From the NCBI RefSeq assembly GCF_009914755.1, contig NC_060925.1: a stretch of DNA of 64,000 nucleotides; one strand, written 5' to 3'. Shown here one piece after another: positions 13,632-27,279 of this stretch. The translations under genes and the position numbers were made by a program. Every line of letters starts with the position of its first letter. Position 1 is the stretch's first letter. The notes under the pieces were generated by a model, which did no database searches, had not been told where the DNA came from, and saw only the letters and a list, made by a program, of their open reading frames with translations. Source of the DNA: the human T2T-CHM13v2.0 reference genome, Homo sapiens.

Positions 13632-15096
13632 AAAGGCTCTCCATCATGCACCTGGAATCTAGCTAGGCAGCTGGTAACCCGGAAGGCTTCTAGGAAAAGC
13701 CCAGAAGGGAGGCCAACTAGAGACAGCTTTTCAGTCTTTCCTACCATCCAGTCCTGATGTGGCCTGCTAGAAAAACTTTTCTCACAACTGCTAGCCAGTG
13801 GAGACAGAAACTTTCCCAGAACTTACAATAAGAGGTCACATGCAGGTCAGGTCCTAAAATAATCTGGAAAAGTACCTACCACAGAGGTGATTTTCCTCCT
13901 TTCCATGAACTCAGACACTCCCCCATTCTTCCCTCTACATCCTTCCTAGGGAAACTCAACAATATCTTCTCTTTCATGACAGAGCAACAAATGATCAAAT
14001 GATCAAATAATTCATAAGACAAGCTCAATTGCAATACCTCAATTGCAATGAGGTATAATTAAAAGGTGCCACACATTTACCAACTGGCTCACCTGTAGCC
14101 CAGCATATGGGAAAAATCCTTCACTTTGCTGAATGTATCGAGCCGCCTGCTGAGAAAACCGTGTCAGCCTGACAGTACCTGACTTAATTACTTCGAACTT
14201 AAAATAATTAATAAGTCCCTCATTTTCCAACAGGAAAGCACTTAATGCTGTTCAATAAAATAATTCATAGCCTACATAACTTGCTGCAGCCAGGAGGTTT
14301 TTTTTTTTTTTTCCTGTAACTTTGGGTAATTTATCCACTACACATTTGGAATGATGTTTTCTCACTGAGCCTCCCACAGGTATGTGAGTTTTGATCATTA
14401 CATTTCTTCTAGTAAACCCAGTCTTCCTCAAATGCACCAGGGAGAGCCTGGCTTTCACCTCTTCCTCCCTCTTGCTAATCCTTCTGAGTCCTGGGCTTCA
14501 TTGTAAATGGTCTGAAGAGTCTTTTAGCCTCAAAGCCTAAATATTTGCTTAAAATAAATGTAGAAACAGGTATAGGGAGGTGGTTGAGTGAAAGGAAAAA
14601 TGTGTGCCCAGGAAACAAATGCAAAAGAAGAGAGCACAATAGTAAAACGATGATGAAGGATGTATAAAATGAACCTGAATTTCACCTTCTTCTGGTAGGC
14701 CTTCATTTGGTATCTTTGCAGGTGCCTGCTTGAGGTAATGTGGATGCACAAGGCAGTGAATCTAATTTTTGAAACTGTTTAAAGAGAGGTTTTTTAGTCT
14801 GTAAGCACATTTCTTTTAAGGGGAGAAATTGTCTTTCAATATGCCTAGTGGAGAGGAACAAAGAAAGCTGTGGTTTCCCAAAGGTCCTATCTTTGATTTC
14901 TGCCCTAAAAAGAATGTTTATTCCATTCTAAGTAGATCACTTTTAATGGCAAATTTACTGTTAGAAGTTCTGTAAGACTATTCCATAAATGGGTTAAAGA
15001 CAGAGTGGGACGGGGGAAGGAGGACAAGAATAAAAAGCTAAAATGTTTGCTCTTTGTGAAAGCAAAACCTTTGCCAGGAGACTCTAGGTGCCAGTA

Positions 15097-15281
15097 CACT
15101 GGTTCTCAAACTTAAGTGTGTGCATGATAACCACCTTGGACCTTGAGAAAATGCTCAGTGCTAGGAAGTAATATCGACAGAGACTCTGATTCAACAAATC
15201 TGTAATGAGACTTGGGAATCTGCATTTTTGAAGACTCAAATGATCAGATGTGATCAATGGTCTACACTTTGAGAAACACTG
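15097..15281. mobile_element. MER5A-like hAT MITE
   Basis: TIRs cactggttctcaaa / tttgagaaacactg; internal ctgattca and aatctgcattttt motifs. Confidence 0.75.
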
Positions 15282-16044
15282 CTGTTATCAGCAATGCAGG
15301 AGTTGAGAGTTGCCCTAAAGGACCTGAGAACTTGAGAAGTTGCTACTAAGGAGAAGCAACTGAAATTAACAAACAGTTACTATTATCAAATGTCCTTAAG
15401 TTAAAGCCGAAGTTTTCTGTGCCCCTTCCAGTAAAATAAGCTGTATATAAGTCACTGGTCAGGGGCAGAAGGCAGTGACATTAAAATTTTTCCCTTAAAC
15501 TTGATTTGTTTCAAAATCCTCCTTGCTCCTTTGATGGAAAAAAAAAATCTTAAATAAGTGGGGGAAAGGTCTCACTTTGTATTCCAAACAATATTGTTTT
15601 AAAGTCGTAATTAGACATCCTTATTGGTGCACAGAACTTCTCCCTGGAAAAAGGATCCCTACTGCCCTTTCCTTTGATAGAAATTCTATCCTCACGGGGG
15701 CTTTACTGAAAACTGTGAGAAAAACTTCTTCATGCCCACCACTTTGTAAGCCACCCCAGCAGTGGATTCATGAAGCTGTTCACACAAATGAGGAATCCCA
15801 TCTTAAAGAGAGGGATGAAAGCACTGAGGGCAATATTGGAATATGGCTGGGCATTGTTTTAGACAGAGAGTAAGGGGAATGGAACTCTTTGGTCCCACTC
15901 TCTTGATACCCTTTTCATTATGATCAAAATATCAAAGTACAAACTCTTGCCCAAAGAGGAGAGAAATCTCTAATTTTGACAGATCTATAATAATAATGAT
16001 GAGTTTGCATCAAACTCTCCAGATAACCAAAAGTTACTCCTTAT

Positions 16045-16260
16045 TATAGCCTGGTGTATAACACCAAGGCTTTGGCATCAAGCAGCTCAGGTTTGAAGCC
16101 CAAATCTTCCCTTCACTGTCTGTATGATTCAAGATATGTCATTTACTTCTCTGAAGGCCAGTTTCCTTATCTATAAAATAGAGATAATAATAAGTCTTAT
16201 TTCACAGTGTTGTTATGAGGATTAAATGAGATAGCTTGATAGAGTGGTTGGTACAGGGAA
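16045..16260 (+). mobile_element. MIR
   Basis: ggctttggcatca...cagtttccttatctataaaatagagataataata...gaggattaaatgagata. Confidence 0.8.
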
Positions 16261-16279
16261 AAAAAATGTTTTCATTGTG

Positions 16280-16440
16280 AGTTATTCTCACTCCCCTATA
16301 AATCCATAAGGGCAGTAGTGTGGCTCTACTGTTTGTCACTGTAATCCCAGCATAGACTCTGGTTTCATAAATACTTTTGGAATAAAGAAAAGAAGGAAGA
16401 AAGGAAGAAGAAAGAAAAGAAGGAAGGAAGGAAGGACAGA
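16280..16440 (+). mobile_element. L2 3' fragment followed by (GAAG/GGAA)n purine repeat
   Basis: taaatccataagggcag...cactgtaatcccagcatag...ataaatacttttggaataaag, then a gaagg tract. Confidence 0.55.
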
Positions 16441-16559
16441 TTTGAAAAAGCAACTAATTCCAAGGCAAAAAAGTGACAAGTGTTCAGAAATCATAGGTTG
16501 TCTTAGACTATGGTACAGTAAAAATAATATATAAAAACATATGTCTTGCTCCCAAAAAG

Positions 16560-16834
16560 TCTTTTGCAGGTCCAAGCAGTGAGTCGGGATCTGTCCAAAT
16601 TCCATCTGGTGGCACTGGCCTCTCAACATGAGTTTTCCAAGGTAACTGCGACAAGAGAAAGGAGTTCTGGAGAGCCGTGCCCAGAGAGTGACTGTATCAC
16701 CCCTGTTCGGGTCCATTGGCTAGAACCCATCACATGACCTACCCAGCTGTGGGGCAGTGGGAGATGGAGTGTGCCATGCTCCAAAGGACAACAAAGAGGG
16801 CCAAACACAGGGGAGCACTAGCAATGTCTACCAC
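16560..16834 (-). mobile_element. MLT1 (MaLR) LTR fragment
   Basis: ccattggctagaacccatcacatgacc...agcactagcaatgtctaccaca terminus. Confidence 0.6.
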
Positions 16835-17654
16835 AGCCTGTGTCCCGGCATCTAAGTCTAAGGAAAGGCAGTTGGCAAAGGGTATATAGGAAAACATTCT
16901 GAAAAGACACAACAAAAATAAATATGTTAAATAATCTTTTTTTTTCCTTACAATATCATGGGATTTTCATCTGGTGTCTGATATTTTCAGGTGTATAAGA
17001 GAACTCTCAAGGAAGTATAATACAGTGCGAACTCAGTTAAACCTTTTATTCCCTCTCTTTCTCTTTCTCTCTCTCTCAGATGCAGGCAAACACACAAATG
17101 ACAAAACACACAATGTCTATTTTTTCTATTCAGGCAGAAGTCCTCTCCATCCACGATAACCCAGACCCTAGGAGGAGAAAGAGAGGAGAGATGCAAATGC
17201 TTGTTGATATCTAATTATTGAGAAGCATCAAGAGATATTAGGAATGGGTGGATATATATCTCTGGCATGTTAACTGTCCTGAAAAAAAGCCTTAATTTTC
17301 ATTCCACTGGATAAACAAAGCATGGCAGCTTTGACTTTGAACTGCCAATTGACTTGGACCAGATCCGTACATCTAGGACAATTAAATTATGGCAGAGTTA
17401 TTCCTTTTGGTAACCTAAACACTCAATGGAGATAGATGCACAATTAATTCACTAAAATTTTTCAGTATCCAAATCTGGCCAGAACAACCCAGATGTAATT
17501 TGCTCACAGTACATCTTGACAATGTTACATAACTTGAGCTTGTAGGATTCTTGGACTAGAACTATTTCTTTTTTGGGTCATAAATTTCTGTGCAGTTTAT
17601 CACAACTTTTAGTGCCTTAGAATTAAGGTACTGTAGTTTAATGCCATGTAAAGT

Positions 17655-18076
17655 GTTTTAGTTAGCTTCACTATGGTGAAAAATCAACTTCCAAAGTATC
17701 AGCAACTTACAACAGACATGTTACATATTGGCAGCCATAGTCAACTGCTGTGGCTTTGTTTAATCTTTTCTTTCCAGGACTGAGATTAAAGTCAGGGTTG
17801 TGTTTCAGATTAGGAGCAGCTCCTTTTTGAGATATGCCATTCTCAAGAGGAGAGAAAAAAGTAAGAATGTTGCTAGAAACACACAATGCCTCTCAGATGT
17901 AGCATGAGTCATGTCCACTCACAGGTCATTGGCTAAAATTAGTCACATGGCCAAGAATAGAGAAGTATACATATTCCCTTCCCTCAGGACACACTGCAAG
18001 GTACATGGCCACAAGCAGGAAGTACAATCCTCATATAGGAAAAGGAGGGAATATTTGTAACAATATAATCTCCCAA
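17655..18076 (-). mobile_element. MLT1J-like MaLR LTR
   Basis: cagcaacttacaaca...gatatgccattctc...cattggctaaaattagtcacatggccaag...ggaagtacaatcctc. Confidence 0.65.
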
Positions 18077-21000
18077 AATACTGAATCTTTCTCATCTTAA
18101 TATCCCTAGGGCCTAGCACAGGTGTCCAATGAATATTTATTAAATTGCATTGAATATTCATTGTATTGAATGAATATATCATTTCAGCATAAGTCAGTCA
18201 TCTGAAAGAACAAGTATTTTATCATTATGTCTATCACCACTATTATCATCAAATGGCATTTTTTAATTAGCCATGTATACCTAGTACTTATCTGAGCATT
18301 CTACAGGTAACAATAGATTTTATTGATTACTTTTAGTAGTATAACAATCTAAAGAGAAAAATAATGGCAAATAATTCTTAAAAAGACATTAGCATACATT
18401 TTCATTAACACAAACTCACAATTTTCTTTTTGAAAATACTGTTGATAATGCCAATCAAATCCTGATAAAAGTAGAATTCATTTTTCTAAAACTTGACTTT
18501 GGTATTTAAAATTGTATTTCTTCTGCTAGAAATATTCTGAAGGAATGCCAGAAATAATGGGTGAAGATATGAATGATTCTTCTCCACAATGGATGCAGAA
18601 ATTAAAAGTTATCTCAAATTTGTTGATTCTGAAGGCAGCCACTGAAATAGTTACAGGTTGAAGTACAAAATGAAGATTGCATGCTCAGGCTGGATGAACT
18701 CAAAATATAATAAAAGTTTGGGATACATTTGAACAGGGGCTGGTTATGCTGCTTTTGGATAAGCGTTGAGGCAAAATGAAATTCTGAGACTCTGCCAGCC
18801 CCCTCTTAAGAATCTGGGTATAGAGGCTACGCTACAGCACATTCACTATCACAGAAATCACTCATTTTAATTTGCATCCATTTCAGGAGTTGGTCACGGG
18901 CAAATTCACACATCCAGAAACTAGCTTTTCCTCAAAGATACCAGTATACTACACATTACATTACAAGAATCAGGACTAATACCTTTATCCTGTAAAACAA
19001 TGCAGTCCCCTCCTAATTGCAACTGGAAATTGTACCAAAGTTATCATTTGTGCTCAGTGAGTTTGTGAATTAATTCATTATGCTGTTAAAATCCCAGCGT
19101 CTCTTATCACCTGCCGCTTTAAACACTCTGGTTGCATTAACAGCGCTGCCCCGTCAGCTGCCAACTGCAGGAGCTGGAGGCAGCTAAGAGGTGAATCCTT
19201 GAACTGAGAAATTCCACCTAGGGGAGGAGATGCAGCTTTGACTTGCAAACAGGGCCCAGGAATCCAGCAGAGCTATCTGGAGAACCACCTGAATCATCGA
19301 TCCATAAAACCATCATGAAAGTCAATGTCTCTTCCAGCACAGATCAGAGTCAGGCTTAGATAAAATGCTGTCGGTAATGATAACCCTGTTCTCTGACCGT
19401 GGACAAGACTAAGGGATCAGTTGTGCCTTATTTTGAGGAAACCTTGTGCAAATACTAACTTGAAAATAATAGGCAGAAAAGCCACGCACCCCTTGTTTTG
19501 AAATAGTTTTCTACATATATGTGACTTGTACATTTAAAGGTTGATGTTACCTTTGAGGAAATAAGCCAGTATTGCTGATTAAAATAATATTTATTTTCTA
19601 CAGTGCCACCATAAGCCTCCTACATTTGCCTGGCTGCCAACCTATAATTAATTTGCTAGTGTGCACTGCCTGTCCCGAGATTTCCACAGAGCCACACCAG
19701 TATTTCTCATTAAAATGAATCCTGAAGGCACTTTGTTATTGTTTAGTCTCAGAGAAATATTGACAGTGGTTTTCTTTTTCCCTCCATCAACGTCATCGTT
19801 TTATAAACACTAAACGCAAAATAATTTTTTGCACACCTTTGAAGTATTCCTTATCAATAATTCATTCAGAATCACAAAGGAGCAAAATAGCTGGGTGGTC
19901 GAAACTGTAGCAATGCTAGGAACATCACGTCTGCTTTTAAATCATCATATTATTGAGTTAAAGCTTCATTGAAGGCACAGTAACATCCACAAGCCCGTTG
20001 GTTTCTCTTTGTGCTCAATTCAGCTGTGCCTTTTAAGTCAGCTTTAGGGGGTTGTTTCACCAGTATTCCAGATGACAGCACTAGGGGGTGGGCACTCTCG
20101 CCTCCATTTTCGTTTAAGATGCCTCCTGAAAGAGCAGAGCACCTGTGTCATGTTCTGCCTCTGCCTCGTATCGTGGATAATTATCTCTTAATATTGAGGT
20201 TTGGTTTGCCTGATTTTTATACTATGCCCACCAGGAAGGAATTACTCATACTCTCTGAATTCAATGCAGAGTCAAATCTATTGCCACTACTAAATAAATG
20301 TTAAATAATAAGAATCATATGGTGCTGCTATGAAGAATATCTGTTTAAGAAAAGAAGAATAAAATTGAAACCTATTACACATGTGCCAATGATATCCTCT
20401 ACAGGATTCAGATATAAAATATCAGACTCTCCATTTTCCTTTTAGTGTTGGATGAAAAGGCCACGCTATTTAATTATTCCAACTATAGGTTAAAGAAAAC
20501 AGCCATTAGCTCTTTTGTTAAAACATTCTTCTACTCTCCTCATTGATTTGAAAGTTAATGCCAGTGGTTTTCTATGTCACGGCATTGAGTTTTAAAATTA
20601 CTGAACCTTATTCCTGAAGTCTAAAGTGATGGCAAACCATTACAGAGACTGCATATCACAAACTAAGATATATCTTCTTGAGATTGTTAGACATGTTAGA
20701 GCTAATGTTACTTTAGAAACTATAAAAAGGGAAATAAAAATGATGGCTAAGGAATCCTGCTTATAAACTAAACCTGAATGGTTATCTCTTGGCACACTCA
20801 GAAACCCATTTAAACTTTCTCTGGAGATTAAATGAACACCCTTCTGTATGTCTACTCACTACCCAAAAGCAATGAAATCTTATTTAACCTGAGATAAATC
20901 TCTAATGTCACTTTAACCTCTCGTCCACAAGAAAACATAGCATTGCGCAAAATTATTGAATTAAAAACACCAATCACATTCTTATAATTTGATTTCTTGA

Positions 21001-21306
21001 CTTCAACAAAATCTCTTACAGTTTTTTCTTTTTGACTTCTTAGCAACAGTCAAAACTTTCTAGCTAATTTCATTTAACTCGATTGGGAAACAAACTTTTT
21101 CAGAACTTTTAGAAACTGACGGCCAAAGAAAACTAAAGCCAGATCAACCTTTCACAAGTAAAGCTATAAATGAAAGCTCATCTCCTCAACTGTTTATTTA
21201 GTTCTGGGTTCTCAGCAATGGCAGATGGTACTTGGGATATACCTAATACCAGGCTTAAGAAAAGCAAGGTTTTATTCTATTTCATCATGTATAGAAACAA
21301 AAAACT

Positions 21307-21625
21307 GTAGGGTGCTGTGGAGTGTGCCTGTAGTTCCAGCTACTGAAGAGGCTGAACCAGAAGGATTGCTTGAGTCCAGGAGTTTAGCACACTAAGACTC
21401 TAGCGCACCAGGACTCTAGTGCACTAAGCTGATTGAGTGTCCACACTAAGTTTGGCATCAATATGGTGACCTAGGAGAAGGGGACCACAGTTTGCCTAAG
21501 GAGAGGTGAACAGGCCCAAGTCAGAAACCAAGCAGGTCAAAACTCCCATGCTGATTAGTAGTGGGATCAGGCCTGTGGACAGCCACTGGGCTCCAGCCTG
21601 GGCAACATAGTGAGACTCTGTCTCC
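21307..21625 (+). pseudogene. 7SL (SRP RNA) retropseudogene, RN7SL-type
   Basis: Contains the S-domain absent from Alu: ggcatcaatatggtgacc...gcctaaggagaggtgaac...gcaggtcaaaactcccatgctgattagtagtgggatc. TSD agaaacaaaaaact (21293-21306) / agaaacataaaaaact (21638-21653). Confidence 0.93.
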
Positions 21626-21727
21626 AAAGAGAGAGAAAGAAACATAAAAAACTCAGCCAGATTTCACAAACTGAGAAATATGAATAGATTAAAATGGTGT
21701 ATTATATTAACTCAAGAATAAGAGACC

Positions 21728-22044
<317 letters not shown>

Positions 22045-22283
22045 TCAATCATAATGGTCTACAAAGTAAGCTAAGACTAATACATCTCATTTTTTTTTAT
22101 GAGATAACATTCTGGCATAGAAAGACATATATTGATCAAATTCTCACAATATCCTCAAAGATAATAATGTATTAAATAATTATTAGCCATTAATAATTAT
22201 TAGCCAATAATTAGTAGTTATTAATAATAGAGACTATTCATTGAATATTTACCATGTCAGGTACTATTCTAGAGGAAATTTTG

Positions 22284-22372
22284 TATATGTTATATATGTA
22301 TTTGTTTGTGTATATATGCATATAAATTATATATGTTATATATGTATGTGTTTGTGTATATATGCATATAAA
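22284..22372. repeat. 46-bp period AT-rich tandem duplication
   Basis: tatatgttatatatgtat(t/g)tgtttgtgtatatatgcatataaa twice, one mismatch. Confidence 0.85.
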
Positions 22373-22460
22373 ATCTCAGTATGTTCAATAATCATTTGAG
22401 ATTGGTATTACTATCCCAATTTTTTAGTGAAGGAAATGAAGCTGAAAAATATTTTATAAC

Positions 22461-22504
22461 AGCTGGGTGCAGTGGCTCATACCTGTAGTCCCAGCACTGT
22501 GGGA
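22461..22504 (+). mobile_element. Alu 5' head fragment (~44 bp)
   Basis: gctgggtgcagtggctcatacctgtagtcccagcactgtggga, truncated at the junction with the NDUFS5 retrocopy. Confidence 0.85.
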
Positions 22505-22885
22505 CTCTGCTCAGAGGCCGAGGCTCCCCCTTGCCCACGTGGTGAGGTGGAGGGGTGTACTTCCCTTCCTTTATCAGCTTATTCCACTGCTTCCTGATGG
22601 TACTCACACATCTCATCATTTTCTGCCAAAGTATACACTCTATGAAATAGTCGTATTCTATTCTGCACTCTTTCTCTCCCCAAATACCACCAATTCCATG
22701 TGCACATTCTCTCCATTCTTTTTCAAAAGGATGGTGTCGAGCAGGAATCTTGTAGGGCTGTTCAGCACTTTGGATTGTCAACCACCCATCTGTGTTAAGG
22801 CCAAACCTTTTCTGCACGTCCAAGAAAGGCATGGCGTTCTGATGCTCGTGCCCTTGTCTCTTCTCTGGCCGCTGCTTCAGGACGA
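22505..22885 (-). pseudogene. NDUFS5: Processed pseudogene of NADH:ubiquinone oxidoreductase subunit S5
   Basis: ATG at 22832 gives [28 protein letters not shown]...[22 protein letters not shown], colinear with the 106-aa NDUFS5. Intronless, ~50 nt of 5'UTR retained, 3'UTR and poly(A) missing. Pseudogene number not determined. Confidence 0.95.
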
Positions 22886-23724
22886 TTCTACTTTTCAAAT
22901 TTTTATATGACACAAACCTGAAAAGAATAGTTCACTAATATCTTAGATTGCTAAATCCATTTTGACAAAGAGCTCAACACACAGGAATAATGTACCCAAA
23001 TTAGATACATTTAATATAGACAAGCCTAAAGGGGATGACTTACTCTAATCTTGGTTTCAGTAAGAAAAAAAAATTTACAGATTTTAGTTAACCACAGACA
23101 GCACAATAATGCTGCCCCCAAATTAATGATCAGGTGCCTTACTACCCAGATGGAGGAAAACAGTTCTCTCATTGAACTTTGTAACTGTCAGGTAATATCT
23201 ACAACATGAAAAGTCTCCAGAATGTGAGACAGCTTGTGAGGGTGGGCCTCTTGGAGAGGGCTTGGACAGGGGCCTCTTGCAGTTTTCATCCGGGTTAGAG
23301 CATAGCAGGTTCAGCTGGGGAACTTTTCTGAAAGTACCCAGGCCAGGGCAGCCTCCTTCTGATAGCCTCCACCCACCCTGGATAGTGCCATGCCTATCTG
23401 ATATGATAGATCTGTTCAGAGGCATCAGCTGATATATTTTAAAAATGCTTCCCCAGTGATTCCAGTACATTACTATATACTTTGCATCTTATACTCCCCC
23501 AAACCTTTCCCAATATCCCAAGTAAAAGCCATTTATCTACCAAAGCTACAAAGTAGAAATAGTTACTAAAAATTGCATAGTGGGAGAAAAATGTCAATTT
23601 ATCTTTGTATACAGTGACCAGAATTGAGCAACATATTAGCTTAAATATCTTGGCATAAAATCAATAATTTCAATAATTGAGAAGCCAGGGTTTAAACATT
23701 GTAATAACATGTTTAAAAGCTTAA

Positions 23725-24101
<377 letters not shown>

Positions 24102-24109
24102 CCTTTACA

Positions 24110-24540
24110 AGGATTTTGACCTTGGTAAGGTTAGTGACGTCAGTGATCTCAGCCTCTCTAAACCTCAGGTTTCTCATCTGCAAAATGAGACAGTAATCGT
24201 TCCTCAACTTGAATCTCAGCTTCATCACTTCTAGCTATACAGCCTTGGGTAGATGCTTAACCTCTCTGTGTCTTAATTTCTTCATCTGCAAAATGGCACA
24301 ACAATAGGATCTACTTCATAAGGCTTAGAGAGGAATAAATGAGTTAATATATGCAAAATATTTAAATGATGTATGGCTTACAGTTAACCTTCAACAAATC
24401 ATAGCTATTATTTACCCTCTCTTCACAATGGAGATTATATAAACTGCCCTATCTATTTTATAGGACTCTTAGAAGAATCATATAATGTGGTGAGTGAAGA
24501 ATTATTTTCCAAACTGAAACTCCAACTGAATGTTAGCTAG
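24110..24540 (+). mobile_element. Cluster of MIR fragments
   Basis: gaccttgg...cctcaggtttctcatctgcaaaatg; cttaacctctctgtgtcttaatttcttcatctgcaaaatgg...aaatgagttaatatatgcaaa. Confidence 0.7.
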
Positions 24541-27279
24541 TATTTGAATCAGGCATAAATTCACAAACTTTTGTATAAACTTAGAATTTAATATTTCTAG
24601 TTTGTGTAGTTAACTCATTTACCAGGCATGTTTGGGCACTTGCAATGAATTCCAAAATGATTTGATAAAAATTTTACATATGTATTGAAAATACATACTA
24701 AGACATTTATATTTTCAGAAAACTTCAGGAACAAATCAAAAGTTGTAAATTTCAAAACAATTTTTTTAACAACCTCCCTTTCAGGGCTTCAACATTGAAA
24801 GCAAACAACTGATTCTGGTTTTGTTTCTGTTTTCCCAATCATACCTGAAATTGTTTTTAATTGACTTTACTTACTAACCTTAGAAAAACGAAATCACTGG
24901 TTCACAGAAAGTAACAACTCTGAGATTCCAAAACCACTGCCAGCAGAGATCTTTTGCTAGCCATCATTAGCTGAAACGTCTTCTAAAACATGGCTTTGAG
25001 TTGCACTTTTAAAATCAATCTTGCTATGTTTTAAGCTTCTACAATGAATATCTCTGTGTTTGCTGTTTAATAAACAGTATTTTGAATTCATGTTTGAATT
25101 CTCTTTAGAATTTCAACAAAAAACCAACTACATTAGTTGATTGTTTGTTTTGCTTTCTTTTCTTCTGTTTCACATACACAGTTCAAAAGCCAACATTCCA
25201 CTGATACAACTAAAATTCATGCGGGCTAATATTATCAAATTATTATACATATAGAACGGCTTTCTAAACTTAGCAAAAAAAAGAAGTCTTGTATCAAATC
25301 ATCCTTAAAGGACTTGTTTTCATTTTTTATCATAGTACCCAACCAATGAAAAGTCATGCTGTCGCAAAATTTATTGGATTTACTGAACTGTGTCTTCAAA
25401 GAAAAGGTTGTTTTATGAAGGAAAGGAACTAGCTTTTCATTTTCCTGATCAGAAGATTATCTAGTTTGAAGTCAACTGTTATCTCAAAATAAATGAGAAG
25501 CGGCAATATAAGCTAAGTGAAAACCCAGGAGACAATGCTTGCTTTGAACTGTAAGTGGAGGCAGCATTATACAATGTGTAAATGCCTGGCAAGACCATCA
25601 AACACGGGTCTCCTTCAGCGCAATGAAGCATGGTAAATTCACACCCTATTTGATAACCACCAAAGCCTCAAAAAAGGAAATTTGTTTTCAGATGCTCCAG
25701 GGTGTTGATGATGCCCTTAATTTCACAGAAACCAAAAAAAAGAAGCTATGAAAGGAAACTTTTTTGTTGTCTGTCAGTTGTACAAGTCCAGTTACATTGC
25801 TCAAAATTATCTCCTACTAGATTACAAATAATAATAATCAACTGGTCATTGGGAAAGGAAGTAGGTATTTAACGAATATTACCATCAAAGACCTCTTAAG
25901 TGGACAATTTAAAGCAAAGAGCAATCATGAAGACTCATAAAGACAAAAGGCTCATAAATACTTTTTTTTTAACCACAGAAGGTAGGTATTTGAGATGTTT
26001 AGTCTACTTTTTAAACAATTTTCACATAGTCACTCTGGGGTCACCTATTGCTAGAAAATGAAAGTTTAGACTATCTTAAAGACAGACTGCGTCATTTAGA
26101 TTTGCCAACTCTTTACTACCATAAGAATAAGTCTAGTTATTCTTGAAAAGGAAGGAAAAGAAGAGAAAAATCACAGCTACTCCAAATCCATATATCCTAC
26201 TTCTTCCTATAGCCATTATAAGAGCCTGCCTTTTAAACTGCTGAAGTTATCCCCAAAAGTTAGATCATGCGGCTTTACAAAAAAAAAAAAGTCTTTAAAA
26301 TTGTCTTTTTCTTTTATAAAGGCAAAATGCCCATTGAAAAAAGAATCCTATGGCTCCATTCCCAAAAAAAAGGAGATAGTATCCTGAATGCAGAATATAT
26401 CCACTCTAAAGCTTAAACCAGAATAACTTTGAAATTTTCCCCAAATAACTTTTCAAAGAAAGAAGAAAAGCTAGAATTACATATACACTCCTCAGTAAAC
26501 AAGAGAATAATCTTTCTGCTGAAGGTAAAAATACTCTGTGATTGGGTCCAATTTAAACTTGGACTTCCAACAACATTTTGGCTCCAGGAAATAATATGTT
26601 AAAATGGAAAGAATGCCAATTTAAGACATCAACATTTAATTCTCATTACCAAAATTATAATCATAGGAGGGACAGCTTCTAAAATTAGAACCCAAAATAA
26701 CTATTGAGCTGAACTCATCTTCAAAGGCAGAACTAAGCATTTAATTAGGCTATTTCTGCAAGGAAAGAGCTGGTAAATCAATATAATCTAATAAGCTTTT
26801 GGCCAGGGCAAGGGAAGAGTGATCACAATTGCTTGCCATGTGTTTACTCTTCAGGCCTTTTTTTGGGCAAGTTCCACTAAAGAACAATACAATCACAGGG
26901 GAAGGAGCAGAGAGAATTTTTTTAATGGAAGAATTCTGGCTTCAGGACACTATTTCATGTATCGAAGATATATAAACCTTCTTTGGAAATTCTCCCTAAC
27001 AATATAGTTTGAGCTTCATACCTTTGATAAATGGCTGTTTTTTCTCCAACCTACTAAACAGAGAGAACAGGATGACCTGAACATTCATGGTTTTAAAGTA
27101 CAGCACGTGAATCTGTGAAAGTTAGCAGCTTTTCTGATTTGATTCACTATAGCACAAAGAGGAACTGGCTTACATTGCAACCAGAGGAAAATATTTTTAA
27201 CTTTAAATAACTCACTTAGCTTTGTCTCATTTTTACTGTTTGTAAAACAAAAGAGTTAGGTTTAATATTTGCTAATCTT

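Noticed and set aside
12566-13757. Dense cluster of short overlapping ORFs
   Set aside because: They mostly lie in a GC-rich solo LTR where stop codons are rare; no protein similarity recognised.
22505-22885. Assigning a chromosome or a numbered NDUFS5P/RN7SL symbol
   Set aside because: Several such pseudogenes exist and I cannot distinguish them without a genome search.
22467-22910. 147-aa plus-strand ORF
   Set aside because: Antisense shadow of the NDUFS5 retrocopy beginning in an Alu at a non-ATG codon.
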